Positions 10,156-20,993 are shown, counted from the first letter of the stretch. The stretch: DNA of 64,000 nucleotides from an uncultured Verrucomicrobiae bacterium (GCA_963801815.1 CAWDGJ010000003.1:192001-256000), one strand, 5' to 3'. Translations and numbers: made by a program. Notes: a model not told the origin generated them from the letters alone.

Positions 10156-11079
10156 TCAATCCACGACTTGGACGCCTTCGGACGCAGTCCTCTTCGAGTA
10201 CAATTCGCTCAACCGTTTCGTCATTGGACCGATCTGGCCGTCGCCGATGACGCGATTATCGATTTTCACAACGCCGGCGAGCTCGCCCATCGTGCCAGTG
10301 CAAAACATTTCAGCGGCGCCGTAAACATCCACTGGTGACAGATCTGTTTCGACACAGCGAATCTTTTCGGCGGCGCAAATCTCGATCACCGTTGCGCGCG
10401 TAATTCCTTCCGGACAGGCGACCGTTCTGCTCGTGGCCAGGTCGCCTCCTGCTCGCGATTTATCGGAGTTGCGAACGATAAACACATTTGTCGCGTTCGT
10501 CTCGGCAATGAAGCCGTTGGTGTCGAGCATGAGCGCGTCGTCCGCACCCGCGTTGTTGGCTTCGATCTTGGCCAGAATGGAGTTCAGCAGGTTTGCGTGA
10601 TGGATTTTCGCGTCCAGGACGTCCGGAGGCGGCCTCCGAGTTTTGCTGGTGATTAAGGTCAGTCCTGTTTTCGCGTAAACGGGCGCCTTGTGTTCGGCCA
10701 AAACGATCAACGTCGGCCCGCCTCGGTTCAAACGCGGATCCATCCCCGACGTAACTTTCAGGCCGCGGCTAAGAGTGAGCCGGATGTGAACTCCGTCGCG
10801 CATTTTGTTGGCGACGAGGGTCCGTTTGATCTCCTCGATAATTGTCTCGCGCGGTGGAATCTCTGCGAACGAAAGCGCCCGCGCCGATTTCTCGAGTCGA
10901 TCAAGATGCTCGCGCAATTTGAAAATGCGGCCGTTGTAAAGTCGGAGTCCCTCCCAGACCGCGTCGCCGCCTTGGACCGCGGAATCGAACGGGCTGACCC
11001 CGGCTTTGTCGCGGTGCATCAGCTCGCCGTTGATGTTGACGATCAGGTCTTTGTTCTTGGGATTAAATTTCTGAAGCAT
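10156..11079 (-). CDS. PLP-dependent aminotransferase class IV (branched-chain / D-amino acid transaminase family)
   Basis: GDAVWEGLR, catalytic-Lys region AKIHHANLLN, ETNATNVF, EGITR, FCTGTMGE. Start set at ATG 11079 because the upstream extension runs into a repeat. Confidence 0.9.
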   Translation of the reverse strand: MLQKFNPKNKDLIVNINGELMHRDKAGVSPFDSAVQGGDAVWEGLRLYNGRIFKLREHLDRLEKSARALSFAEIPPRETIIEEIKRTLVANKMRDGVHIRLTLSRGLKVTSGMDPRLNRGGPTLIVLAEHKAPVYAKTGLTLITSKTRRPPPDVLDAKIHHANLLNSILAKIEANNAGADDALMLDTNGFIAETNATNVFIVRNSDKSRAGGDLATSRTVACPEGITRATVIEICAAEKIRCVETDLSPVDVYGAAEMFCTGTMGELAGVVKIDNRVIGDGQIGPMTKRLSELYSKRTASEGVQVVD

Positions 11080-11091
11080 TTCTGAATTGGG

Positions 11092-11170
11092 CTCGCACAA
11101 CGTCCACCAAGGACACAAAGAAAAAACTTAAAATTTAAGGACTTGGTGATCGCTGTGTCCTTTGTGCGAG
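11092..11170. repeat. Intergenic imperfect inverted repeat (CACAAAGGACAC-type)
   Basis: CTCGCACAA...CACCAAGGACACAAAG arm pairs with CTTGGTG...TGTGTCCTTTGTGCGAG around an AT-rich loop. Confidence 0.7.
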
Positions 11171-11174
11171 ATCT

Positions 11175-11912
11175 TTAACGCAGGCGATATTCATAGAGCT
11201 GCTCATAACATTGGCGACAGCGTTCGTAAACTTCGCCCAGCGAGTCGGGAATGTCTCCCTTGCGCGGTTTGTACGGCTCAAACGAGGTGGATCTTGTCAC
11301 AGCGTCGTACCAATGTTTTGCCCAGATTCCGTCAGTCTCGCGTAAACCGGGTGGCCACGAGAGCATCGCTTTGTCGAATGGAATGCCAACCGCGTCACAC
11401 AGAAGTCGCAATGTTCGCTCCGGATCTTCCAGGACGTCTTTTGCATCGACCACAGGCGGAACCGATTCGGTTTGGTCACGGACTAGTTCGAAGAGTTCGC
11501 GCTGCTGAACAAATCCGAGGTCCTCGAGTGCCGGGTCCGGGTTCTTCTTAATATAAGAGAGGATAACTTCGCGCGGATCGCGGATCAGGAAGCAGTTTGT
11601 AAGATCGACAATCCACCCGCGATCAACCTCCGGAAGCAAGTGATGGGTCATCAGTTTTTGGAAGAAGACCTGCTTTGCGCCGGGAATAGCTTCTTTGGTC
11701 AGTTGCGCGATCACTTTGGGCAAATTGATCTCCCCTTGCTCGATAATTTCCGCTGCGCCGGGGTGTGGTTTACCGGTCCTCTCTAAATGGTACGCGTAAA
11801 GCGGCTCGTCGATCACCGCAGTGTCGGGGCGATTACCCCAGGCGCGCATCATCGCCGTAGAGATATTTCGTGGCCCCGACCACATCGCGATTCGAATCGG
11901 TGATGCCGTCAT
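11175..11912 (-). CDS. Sulfotransferase-fold protein (BCAT-associated family)
   Basis: IAMWSGPRNISTAMMR PAPS-loop-like motif, DEPLY, FLIRDP, WAKHWY; lies directly upstream of the class IV aminotransferase. Confidence 0.8.
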   Translation of the reverse strand: MTASPIRIAMWSGPRNISTAMMRAWGNRPDTAVIDEPLYAYHLERTGKPHPGAAEIIEQGEINLPKVIAQLTKEAIPGAKQVFFQKLMTHHLLPEVDRGWIVDLTNCFLIRDPREVILSYIKKNPDPALEDLGFVQQRELFELVRDQTESVPPVVDAKDVLEDPERTLRLLCDAVGIPFDKAMLSWPPGLRETDGIWAKHWYDAVTRSTSFEPYKPRKGDIPDSLGEVYERCRQCYEQLYEYRLR

Positions 11913-11915
11913 GGT

Positions 11916-13814
11916 TCAGCCGAAAATCAGCAGCTGAATCGATTCTGGCAAATGTTGGGCGACATTTGTCACCACACTGCCGCGAAGGAGCTTAGTCAAC
12001 GCTGTTCGTTGGGTTGAGCCGATGACGAGATAGTCAACGCCCATGGTCGCGGCAAGATCGACAATCGTGACGGCGGCGTCCCTGCTCACGGCATAAACCG
12101 GAACCACCGACACGCCGCGTTCCTCGCCGAGTTTGATCACGCTGGTCATGATCGCGTTTGCTTCCGGATCATCCTGCCATTGGGCGCGGCCAAGGCGCGT
12201 CCCTGCTGCGGTGTAATAGATCGCGACCTCTTTTACGTAGAGCACGAACAGACACGCCTTGCGCAATTGTGCTTCATCCAGCGCAAAGCTGAGCACCGGT
12301 GTTATGCCCCGCGCCGCCACCATTATTTTTTGGCCCTCGCGCAATCGCGATTGCATACTGACTTCGAGAGTGGGCGTGACCATCTTCGCGACTTCACGCG
12401 TTACGGTGAGCGTTGTTAGTCCTTGTCGTTTCAAGGTGTAAGCGCGAAGGGCGAGGCCGCTGATCAAGACCGCGACCACGAACTGGAGAGCGTCGAGTTT
12501 TGTGTGGGCAAGTGTTAATTCGACGAAAGCGAGAACGATGAAGGTGAAGCCGAAGAGAACCCGGTCATACCAGGTAAAGCCCACGCTGCGATTGAACGTG
12601 CACGAACCGACATTGACGGTGATGGCGCCGACGACGCCGATGGCGTAAAGGCCAGCCAACGCGGTGAAACTCGCAACGAAAAGCAACACAACCGTCGGAA
12701 GTCCGATTGCGATGAGCAGGGGATAGATCGGAACACCGTGGCGATTTAGCCGGCGAAATTGACGCGGCATTTCCCCGTCGCGCGACATCATATAAAGCAG
12801 ACCGATGATTGCCACGGTGGCGGTGTTGGCGGCACTGAGCAGAAGGAGAAAGAAAACGACTCCGACAACCCAGCCGAAGAAACTTCCGACAGCCGGCGAA
12901 AATGTCGCGGTCGCGAATTGTTCGCCAATGAAACGCAGCATGTCCTCGCTGCGTAGCTGAAGAACTGATGCGATCGACGACATGTCGGAGAGATGGAGCG
13001 TTTTTCCGAGCACGGATGGCAACGAAAGCATTGCCCAGCCGAGTAGCGCGGTACCGGCCACAACTTCGATTGCGATCGGCACAATCGCCTTGCGTGATTC
13101 GCGCGCGACGCTTGGCTTTTCCATGGTCGAACCGGGATCGAGCTTCATCACTCCGGTGACGTTGGCGATCGATTCAGCGCCCGAAAGCGCCAGGATGACG
13201 CCAACGAATTGGACCCAAAGTGTGCCAAGGCTTTCGTGACGCGGTTGCAAGAACTTCGTCGTCAAATGCGGCACGCTGATCGCGACCAAAACGAGCACGA
13301 CAATGAGCGTTGGAATCGCCAAGGCGACCGCAAGACTTCCGGAGTGTTTCGGGCCGTAATAATTGATCAGGCCCATGATCAGAAGCATCGCGATGGTCGC
13401 GAGCGCGATATGATCGCGAAGAAGTTTGATCCATGCGATATGCTCAGCGCCGGAGGTAATGTAACTCAACGCCGACCAGCCGCTGAGCGCCGCGGTCACC
13501 GTCAGATCGGCCAACAAAAGCAGCGCGCCGACGACCGCCAACAAGCGCCCCTGGGATCTCGCCGCCGAATAAACACCGCCGCCATCCGGGAAATGACGGC
13601 AGATCACGATGTAATTGATGCCGACCAAACCGGTCAACCCGCAGACAGCGAGAATGATCGGCAGCGACGAAAATCCCGCCGCCAGGAATGCCAGGCCGAT
13701 GACGTAGGCCTTACTCGTGCCCCAGTCGCCGTACAACAACGCGGCGGCGCGCTTCCAATCGACGTTGCGAGGGCGGTGGACGGTGCCGCTTTCGGTAATG
13801 ATCAGATCAGCCAT
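11916..13814 (-). CDS. APC-superfamily transporter with C-terminal universal stress protein domain; probable KUP/KimA-like K+ transporter
   Basis: About 12 TM segments; YGDWGTSKAY, FPDGGGVY, LSGAESIAN; USP tail LVIGS..LLRGSVVTNVAQH. Confidence 0.8.
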   Translation of the reverse strand: MADLIITESGTVHRPRNVDWKRAAALLYGDWGTSKAYVIGLAFLAAGFSSLPIILAVCGLTGLVGINYIVICRHFPDGGGVYSAARSQGRLLAVVGALLLLADLTVTAALSGWSALSYITSGAEHIAWIKLLRDHIALATIAMLLIMGLINYYGPKHSGSLAVALAIPTLIVVLVLVAISVPHLTTKFLQPRHESLGTLWVQFVGVILALSGAESIANVTGVMKLDPGSTMEKPSVARESRKAIVPIAIEVVAGTALLGWAMLSLPSVLGKTLHLSDMSSIASVLQLRSEDMLRFIGEQFATATFSPAVGSFFGWVVGVVFFLLLLSAANTATVAIIGLLYMMSRDGEMPRQFRRLNRHGVPIYPLLIAIGLPTVVLLFVASFTALAGLYAIGVVGAITVNVGSCTFNRSVGFTWYDRVLFGFTFIVLAFVELTLAHTKLDALQFVVAVLISGLALRAYTLKRQGLTTLTVTREVAKMVTPTLEVSMQSRLREGQKIMVAARGITPVLSFALDEAQLRKACLFVLYVKEVAIYYTAAGTRLGRAQWQDDPEANAIMTSVIKLGEERGVSVVPVYAVSRDAAVTIVDLAATMGVDYLVIGSTQRTALTKLLRGSVVTNVAQHLPESIQLLIFG

Positions 13815-13946
13815 TTGGCGTGCGGTGACTGTTCAGTGCCGGTGCGATTTCTGGCAAGTCCTTTCTCAATAGGTTCGCGTCAGAGAGACTCCTCGCGCGT
13901 TTTCGGACGAGTTTGGTTGACCGATCGGGTATGGATCATTCCAATG

Positions 13947-15226
13947 AGATGTCGATGTTGCCCCAATCAATTGCTACCGGACCGGTGCATCCGGCCATTT
14001 TGTTGCCATTTGGAATTCTTTTGCTCGCCATCGCTTTCGGTCCACTGATCGCGCAATATCACTGGGAGCGGCACTACCATTGGCTCTGCCTCGGGCTGGC
14101 GGCAATCGTCTGCGGCTATTATCTCCTGGTGGTCCGGGATACCGCGCCAGTTTTTCATGCCGCAAGTGATTACTTTAGCTTTGTCGTTATAGTCGGCAGT
14201 TTTTTTGTTGTTGCCGGCGGGATCCATCTTCGGGTCAAAGCACCGAGCGGTCCACTTAGGAACACGCTCTTTCTTTTTTTGGGTGCGGTGCTTGGAAGCT
14301 TGATCGGAACAATTGGCGCCTCGCTCATTTTAATCCGGCCATGGCTCAGGATGAATAAGGGCCGTCTCGCTCCAATGCATATTGCGTTCTTCATTTTTTT
14401 GGTCAGCAACATCGGCGGCGCGCTTATGCCGGTTGGGCCGCCGTTGATTCTCGGCTTTCTCAAAGGCGTGCCGTTTTGGTGGACATTGCAAAATTGCTGG
14501 CGGCCGTGGTTAACCGTGATCGGCTTCGTTCTGTTTGTCTTCATCATTCTTGATCTTATGAATTGCCGTCGGCACAGAAGAATGGCTGAACAAAGTGAGC
14601 TGACGAGCTGGCGGTGCAATGGCGCGCACAACTTTCTGTTTTTGCTCGCGCTGCTCGCCGCTCTGATCGCCGCGCCCCAAGGCTGGCGGGAACCGCTTCT
14701 CGTTTTCACCGCCGTCGGTGCGTATCTCGGCACGCCGAAGCGTATTCGGGAAGCGAACGACTTCAGTTTTGCCCCGCTGAAAGAGATCGCGTGGCTGTTT
14801 TTCGGAATTTTCGGAACGATGATCCCGGTTTTGGAATTCATGGAGCGTTCGGCCAGCCGGCTCGGCCTCGATTCAGCCCGCGAATTCTATTGGACAACCG
14901 GTCTGTTGTCCGCATTGCTCGACAACGCTCCGACTTACCTCACATTTTTTGCCGCGGCGCTCGGCCTTCATGGGTCGAACATTAACGATCTCGCACAGGT
15001 CAAGGCGTTCTTTTCTGGCAATGGCCGGGAGCTGGTCGCCATTTCTCTGGGTGCGACGTTCTTTGGCGCGCTAACCTATATTGGCAACGCACCCAACTTG
15101 CTTGTCAAAACAATCGCCGAACATGCTGGCGCTCCCAGTCCAAGCTTTGTCGGTTACATCTTGAAATTCGCGCTTCCGATCCTGCTTCCAGCCTTGGTGC
15201 TAATATCGATTCTGTTTTTCTCCTGA
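13947..15226 (+). CDS. IT-superfamily sodium:proton antiporter / citrate-transporter-like membrane protein (start uncertain, roughly 13913-13960)
   Basis: FIFLVSNIGGAL, FFGIFGTMIP, LSALLDNAPTYL, GALTYIGNAPN motifs. Confidence 0.8.
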
Positions 15227-15247
15227 TTGGGAGGCCTTGCGGCGGCG

Positions 15248-15264
15248 TTAACGTTTTTTTAATG
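15248..15264 (+). promoter_or_regulatory. Putative KdpE-binding direct repeat
   Basis: TTAACG-TTTTT-TTAATG hexamers 11 bp apart with a T-tract spacer upstream of the kdp operon, resembling OmpR-family/KdpE boxes. Confidence 0.5.
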
Positions 15265-15323
15265 CTTTTCCGCGGCGATTTAACTAACGCTGCTGCCAAA
15301 GATCGCTCATCGTTGGTTCAATT

Positions 15324-15464
15324 ATGAGCGAAGTCATTGTGGCAGGGATAATCGTTATTGCCGGGGTGAACTGGCTTTACTCGCGCTTCTGCGAAGGACC
15401 ACGCCAATTCTTCCGAGATCAAAGGCAAGGAGCGGCTAGACGCGGCGCCCATGGTCGGCTCTAA
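15324..15464 (+). CDS. Small membrane peptide (46 aa), paralog of the next kdp-associated micro-ORF
   Basis: Hand translation MSEVIVAGIIVIAGVNWLYSRFCEGPRQFFRDQRQGAARRGAHGRL; hydrophobic helix followed by LYxRFC[DE]. Confidence 0.55.
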   Translation: MSEVIVAGIIVIAGVNWLYSRFCEGPRQFFRDQRQGAARRGAHGRL

Positions 15465-15478
15465 TCGCCTAACAAATT

Positions 15479-15562
15479 ATGAACGACGTCATCTTTATCG
15501 GAGCTGTAATTGTCTTTTTCATCGTGAGCGCTCTTTACGTGCGCTTCTGCGACAAACTTTAA
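15479..15562 (+). CDS. Small kdp-associated membrane peptide (27 aa)
   Basis: Hand translation MNDVIFIGAVIVFFIVSALYVRFCDKL; single TM peptide ending 6 nt before kdpF. Confidence 0.75.
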   Translation: MNDVIFIGAVIVFFIVSALYVRFCDKL

Positions 15563-15568
15563 ACCTAT

Positions 15569-15652
15569 ATGGAAACCATCATCGTCGGCATCATCGCCCT
15601 GTTGCTTTTCGTCTATCTCTTCATCGCGATGATTCGTCCGGAAAAATTCTAA
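15569..15652 (+). CDS. kdpF: K+-transporting ATPase subunit F
   Basis: Hand translation METIIVGIIALLLFVYLFIAMIRPEKF with the KdpF signature YL..A..RPEKF; 4 nt before kdpA. Confidence 0.92.
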   Translation: METIIVGIIALLLFVYLFIAMIRPEKF

Positions 15653-15656
15653 TAAC

Positions 15657-17456
15657 ATGAACCCGTCCGGCTGGATCCAGTTTGTCATCTACATCGTTGC
15701 GCTCGTGATCATCACGAAACCGATGGGGCTTTATCTCATGCAAGTGCTCGATGCGAACGGTCGCACCTGGCTCGACCCGGTGTTGCGCCCGCTCGAGCGC
15801 GGAACGTACCGCGTCATGCGCGTCGATCCGAACAAGGAACACGACTGGAAGCAATACACCTTTGCCATGCTGATGTTCAGCCTCGTCGGGTGTTTGTTCA
15901 CCTACGCCATCCTGCGACTGCAAAATATTCTGCCGTTGAATCCGCAGGGCCTCGCCGCGGTCAGTCCGGATTGTTCGTTCAACACCGCGACGAGCTTCAC
16001 CACGAACACCAACTGGCAGAGCTACAGCGGCGAAACCACCATGTCTTATTTCTCCCAGATGGTCGGCCTGGCGTTCCACAATTTCGTCAGTGCAGCAACT
16101 GGTATCGCGATTGCCGCGGCGCTCGTCAGGGGGATCGCGCGTCATTCCGCGCAAACCATCGGTAACTTCTGGGTCGATCTGGTTCGCGTCACTTACTATT
16201 TGCTCATTCCGATCTGTCTCGTCTTTGCCGTCTTTCTCGTGTCGCAAGGCATGATTCAAAACTTCAAGCCTTACACCAAAGCCACCCTGGTCGAGCCGAT
16301 GAAAGTTTCTGTCGCCAAAGTGGACAAGGACGGCAAGCCGGTCGTGGACGCCGACGGCAAAGCTGTCATGGAAGACCAAACCGTCACCGAGCAAAACATC
16401 GTGCAAGGACCGATGGCATCCCAGATCGCGATCAAGATGCTGGGCACGAATGGCGGCGGTTACGCCAACGCCAACGCGTCGCATCCGTTCGAAAATCCGA
16501 CGTCGCTTTCGAATTTGCTTCAGATGTTGTCGATCTTTTCGATCGGCAGCGGTCTCACTTATTACCTTGGCCGAATGGTGAAGAACCAGAAACACGGCTG
16601 GACGGTCTGGGCCGTGATGCTGGCGATGTTCCTCGGAGGCGTTTTGCTGGCGTGGCATTCCGAAGCTGCCGGCAATCCGATTCATCATTCGCTGGGCGTG
16701 GCCGCGGCTGACGGAAACATGGAGGGCAAGGAAGTCCGGTTCGGGATCTTCAATTCCGCGCTGTTCGCGACGATCACGACCGATGCGTCCTGTGGCGCCG
16801 TCAATTCGATGCACGATTCGTTTACACCGATCGGCGGATTCGTTCCGCTGTTTAACATTCAACTTGGCGAAATCATTTTCGGCGGCGTCGGCGCCGGTCT
16901 TTACGGAATGCTCGTCTTTGTAGTGCTCGCCGTTTTCATCGCCGGACTCATGGTCGGCCGCACGCCGGAATATCTCGGTAAGAAAATTGAATCCTACGAC
17001 GTGAAGATGTCGATGTTGGCATTGCTCATTCTCGCGATCGACATTCTCGCCTTTTCGGCGTGGGCGATTGTCAACAAGTGGGGCACGGGCGCGATGAACA
17101 ATAGCGGCCCGCACGGCTTCAGCGAAATTCTTTACGCTTACAGTTCGGGCACTGGCAATAACGGCAGCGCGTTCGCCGGCATCAGTGCAAACACGCCCTG
17201 GCTCAACACCACGATCGGCTTCGCGATGTTGATCGGGCGGTTTTTGATGATCGTCCCGATCCTTGCGCTGGCCGGTTCGTTGGTCCGCAAAAAAGTAACA
17301 CCGGCAAGCGCGGGCACGTTCCCTGTCCACGGCGGAACATTTTTCATTTTACTCACCGGCACTGTGCTCCTGATCGGCGCGCTGAACTTTGTTCCCGCGC
17401 TGACGCTTGGCCCAATCGTCGAGCACTTCCTCATGCAAGGCGGTAAACTTTTCTAA
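15657..17456 (+). CDS. kdpA: K+-transporting ATPase subunit A
   Basis: [42 protein letters not shown]. Confidence 0.97.
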   Translation: MNPSGWIQFVIYIVALVIITKPMGLYLMQVLDANGRTWLDPVLRPLERGTYRVMRVDPNKEHDWKQYTFAMLMFSLVGCLFTYAILRLQNILPLNPQGLAAVSPDCSFNTATSFTTNTNWQSYSGETTMSYFSQMVGLAFHNFVSAATGIAIAAALVRGIARHSAQTIGNFWVDLVRVTYYLLIPICLVFAVFLVSQGMIQNFKPYTKATLVEPMKVSVAKVDKDGKPVVDADGKAVMEDQTVTEQNIVQGPMASQIAIKMLGTNGGGYANANASHPFENPTSLSNLLQMLSIFSIGSGLTYYLGRMVKNQKHGWTVWAVMLAMFLGGVLLAWHSEAAGNPIHHSLGVAAADGNMEGKEVRFGIFNSALFATITTDASCGAVNSMHDSFTPIGGFVPLFNIQLGEIIFGGVGAGLYGMLVFVVLAVFIAGLMVGRTPEYLGKKIESYDVKMSMLALLILAIDILAFSAWAIVNKWGTGAMNNSGPHGFSEILYAYSSGTGNNGSAFAGISANTPWLNTTIGFAMLIGRFLMIVPILALAGSLVRKKVTPASAGTFPVHGGTFFILLTGTVLLIGALNFVPALTLGPIVEHFLMQGGKLF

Positions 17457-17464
17457 GATCGACA

Positions 17465-19507
17465 ATGAAATCTAAAGCTCGTCCACTATTTGATTGGCAA
17501 ATCGTTCAACCGGCCATCGGCGACGCGTTCAAGAAATTGAATCCGCGCCTGATGGTGAAGAACCCGGTCATGTTCGTCACCATGGTCGGCGCCGCGCTGA
17601 CAACTGTCGGAATTTTCACTGCCGAACCTGGGCTCCGAAATTTCGTGCTTCAGCTCGCGATCTGGCTCTGGTTCACCGTGCTCTTCGCGAACTTCGCCGA
17701 AGCGATGGCCGAAGGCCGCGGCAAAGCGCAGGCCGCAAGTCTGCGTAAGGCGCGCAAGGAAACGATGGCGCGCGTGCTCCACAATGGCCGCGAACAGCAA
17801 GTCCCAGCGCCGATGTTGCAGAAGGGAGATACAGTTGTTTGCGAAGCGGGCGACATCATTCCGGCTGATGGCGACGTCATTGAAGGAATCGCGAGTGTCG
17901 ATGAAGCGGCCATCACGGGTGAATCCGCGCCGGTCATTCGCGAGAGCGGCGGCGATCGGAGCGCCGTTACGGGCGGCACACGTGTCTTGAGTGATCGCAT
18001 CGTCATTCGTGTGACGATGGAAAAAGGCGAGGGTTTTCTCGATCGGATGATCGCGCTGGTGGAAGGCGCTCGGCGTCAAAAAACGCCTAACGAAATCGCG
18101 CTCACGATTTTGCTCGCCGCTCTGACGTTCATCTTTCTGCTCGTTTGCGTTACGCTGCGGCCGTTTGGAATTTACTCGGGAACGCTTTTCTCGGTGCCGG
18201 TGTTGATCGCGCTGCTGGTTTGTTTGATCCCGACGACGATCGGCGGCTTGTTGAGCGCGATCGGAATTGCTGGAATGGACCGTGTGCTGCAACGAAACGT
18301 GCTCGCGATGAGCGGCCGCGCAGTCGAAGCGGCGGGTGATGTCGATGTCCTGCTGCTCGATAAAACGGGAACTATCACACTCGGCAATCGCATGGCGGTG
18401 GCGTTTCATCCCGCGCCGGGCGTCGCGCCTAACGACCTTGCCGCGTCCGCGCAGTTAAGTTCGCTTGCTGACGAGACGCCGGAAGGTCGCTCGATCGTCG
18501 TACTGGCGAAGGAAAAATTCGGATTGCGCGCGCGTGAGATGCATGAGCTCGAAGCGACATTTGTCCCATTCACCGCGCAAACTCGTATGAGCGGTGTCGA
18601 TCTTCACGCGAACGGCGCGCAACCGACCATGCGCGTACGCAAAGGCGCGGCCGAAGCGGTGCGCGCATTCGTCGAGTCCGCCGGTGGAATTTTTCCGCAG
18701 CCGGTGGCGAAGATTGTCGATGAAATTTCGCATCGTGGCGGAACTCCGCTCGTCGTCGCGTCGGACATGGTGACACTCGGGACAGTTGAGCTGAAAGACG
18801 TGGTCAAAGGCGGCATCAAGGATCGCTTCGCCCATTTGCGCAAAATGGGAATCAAGACCGTGATGATCACCGGCGACAATCCGCTCACCGCCGCTGCGAT
18901 CGCCGCAGAGGCTGGTGTGGACGATTTCATGGCCCAGGCCACCCCCGAAGAGAAACTTAAACGGATTCGTCAGGAACAAGCGGACGGTCATCTCGTCGCG
19001 ATGACCGGCGACGGAACGAATGACGCGCCCGCGCTCGCGCAGGCCGACGTCGGTGTTGCGATGAACACCGGAACGCAAGCCGCGCGCGAAGCCGGCAACA
19101 TGGTCGATCTCGACAGTAACCCGACCAAGTTGATCGACATCGTCGAGATCGGGAAACAGATGCTGATCACGCGCGGCAGTCTGACGACTTTCAGCATCGC
19201 CAACGATGTCGCCAAGTACTTCGCGATCATTCCCGCGATGTTAATGGCGACGTTCCCGGCGATCTCGCCGCTCAACATCATGCATCTGCAAAGCTCGACC
19301 AGCGCGATCTTGAGCGCCGTCATTTTCAATGCGCTCATCATCGTGGCGTTGATCCCGCTCGCCCTCCGCGGCGTCGCTTACAAACCGATGGGCGCATTGG
19401 CGATCTTGCAGCGCAATCTGCTCATCTATGGCTTTGGCGGGCTCATCGTGCCATTCATCGGGATCAAACTTGTCGATCTTATCATCACAACTCTCCACCT
19501 CATCTGA
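17465..19507 (+). CDS. kdpB: K+-transporting P-type ATPase subunit B
   Basis: DKTGTIT phosphorylation motif, [16 protein letters not shown]. Confidence 0.97.
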   Translation: MKSKARPLFDWQIVQPAIGDAFKKLNPRLMVKNPVMFVTMVGAALTTVGIFTAEPGLRNFVLQLAIWLWFTVLFANFAEAMAEGRGKAQAASLRKARKETMARVLHNGREQQVPAPMLQKGDTVVCEAGDIIPADGDVIEGIASVDEAAITGESAPVIRESGGDRSAVTGGTRVLSDRIVIRVTMEKGEGFLDRMIALVEGARRQKTPNEIALTILLAALTFIFLLVCVTLRPFGIYSGTLFSVPVLIALLVCLIPTTIGGLLSAIGIAGMDRVLQRNVLAMSGRAVEAAGDVDVLLLDKTGTITLGNRMAVAFHPAPGVAPNDLAASAQLSSLADETPEGRSIVVLAKEKFGLRAREMHELEATFVPFTAQTRMSGVDLHANGAQPTMRVRKGAAEAVRAFVESAGGIFPQPVAKIVDEISHRGGTPLVVASDMVTLGTVELKDVVKGGIKDRFAHLRKMGIKTVMITGDNPLTAAAIAAEAGVDDFMAQATPEEKLKRIRQEQADGHLVAMTGDGTNDAPALAQADVGVAMNTGTQAAREAGNMVDLDSNPTKLIDIVEIGKQMLITRGSLTTFSIANDVAKYFAIIPAMLMATFPAISPLNIMHLQSSTSAILSAVIFNALIIVALIPLALRGVAYKPMGALAILQRNLLIYGFGGLIVPFIGIKLVDLIITTLHLI

Positions 19508-19509
19508 AC

Positions 19510-20103
19510 ATGAAAGACTTTTTCTCTGAACTTCGTGCCGCGATTCTGTCCACGTTAGTGCTCGCCGTCGTCTGCTGCGGACTTTATCCACTCATTGTTT
19601 ATGGACTGGGACAGACGCTGTTTCACGACAAAGCCAACGGCAGCTTGATTGTCGATCAAGGTGGCACCGTGCGAGGCTCGAAGTTGCTCGCGCAAGGGTT
19701 CGCCGATCCAAAATATTTTCACCCGCGCCCATCGGCTGCCGGCAACGGCTATGACGCCGCGAACTCGAGTGGGAGTAACCTCGGACCGACTTCGCAAAAG
19801 TTGAATGACGCAATTAAGGATCGGATCGCTGCCTATCGATCGGAAAACGGACTAAACGAGAATCAGCCTGTTCCGGCGGACGCGGTAACAGCGTCGGGCA
19901 GTGGTCTCGATCCGCACATTAGTTTGCCAAATGCCGAACTGCAAACGGCGCGCGTCGCCAAGGCGCGCGCGCTGAGTGAAGACAAAGTCCGCGAATTAGT
20001 CCGCCACAATACCGACGGTCGCGATCTTGGATTTCTGGGCGAAGCAGGGGTGAATGTGCTTCAGCTGAATCTCGCGCTCGACGCCGGCGCAAAACAGCCA
20101 TGA
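19510..20103 (+). CDS. kdpC: K+-transporting ATPase subunit C
   Basis: YFHPRPSA, SGSNLGP, VTASGSGLDPHIS, VNVLQLNLALD. Confidence 0.96.
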   Translation: MKDFFSELRAAILSTLVLAVVCCGLYPLIVYGLGQTLFHDKANGSLIVDQGGTVRGSKLLAQGFADPKYFHPRPSAAGNGYDAANSSGSNLGPTSQKLNDAIKDRIAAYRSENGLNENQPVPADAVTASGSGLDPHISLPNAELQTARVAKARALSEDKVRELVRHNTDGRDLGFLGEAGVNVLQLNLALDAGAKQP

Positions 20104-20993
20104 CATCAATGATGAAAACGATCATCCGAACTATCTTTTGCTGCATGGCGATTATGACGTGTGTGCAAGGCGCTTTCGCTGATGGCGAAACTTCGCCCAC
20201 CGCAACGCCAGCGCCCGACAAATCGCAGTACACTTTATTTAATCCGACGCCGATCGAGTTGCGTCGCGCATATAATACGGATCGTCCAAGCAAAACCGAC
20301 AGTCCATTCACGATCGACGCCGGCGCTTTTCAAATTGAAAGCGATGTGGCGAACTGGACGGTGGACGTTGAGAACGCAACGCGCGTCCGGACGTGGATTA
20401 TCGGCAACACGAATTTCAAACTCGGCCTGACCAACTGGATGGATTTGCAGGTGTTTCCGCAGTTTTATGTGAACAGCCGAACCAGCGGCAATGCTGTCGG
20501 AACCCCGGTCGAGCAAGACGGGTTCGGTGATACAACCGTTCGTCTAAAAATTAATTTGCTCGGCAACGATGGCGGCAAACTGGTCGTCGGCCTTGTGTCG
20601 TCCGTAAAGATTCCAACGAACAGCGGCCATACTGGAAATCATGTCTGGGAGCCAGGTTTCGGTTTGCCGATCAATTACTCATTGCCTTGGGGTCTGACAT
20701 TGTTTGCCCAGACGAGGATCGACATTCTTGATCAACCCAGCAGCGGCAGCATGCGCGTCCAATGGCAAAATCCTGTGGGCCTTTCCCGCACGATCGTAGG
20801 GAATTTGAGCGGCTACATTGAATTCTATGATTCCGTAAGCACTGGCGCACATCAACCTTGGATCGGGACCCTCGATACCGGACTAATCTATCAGGTCACG
20901 CCTAATTTCTCGGTCGACGTGAATTCCTTCTTCGGTCTCAATCATAGCGCGCCGGACTGCAATGTATTTGTCGGCTTCGGCCACCGGTTCTAG
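20100..20993 (+). CDS. Putative outer-membrane beta-barrel channel (MetA-pathway/SphA-like 'transporter')
   Basis: Signal peptide, TDRPSKTDSPFTIDAG, GFGDTTVRLKINL, amphipathic beta strands, C-terminal Phe; ATGA overlap with kdpC. Confidence 0.75.
   Translation: MTSMMKTIIRTIFCCMAIMTCVQGAFADGETSPTATPAPDKSQYTLFNPTPIELRRAYNTDRPSKTDSPFTIDAGAFQIESDVANWTVDVENATRVRTWIIGNTNFKLGLTNWMDLQVFPQFYVNSRTSGNAVGTPVEQDGFGDTTVRLKINLLGNDGGKLVVGLVSSVKIPTNSGHTGNHVWEPGFGLPINYSLPWGLTLFAQTRIDILDQPSSGSMRVQWQNPVGLSRTIVGNLSGYIEFYDSVSTGAHQPWIGTLDTGLIYQVTPNFSVDVNSFFGLNHSAPDCNVFVGFGHRF

Noticed and set aside
15621..17330. Long antisense ORFs (569 aa opposite kdpA, 512 aa at 60577-62115, 372 aa opposite murE and others)
   Set aside because: Shadow ORFs expected from GC-rich codon bias opposite well-supported genes; no recognisable motifs
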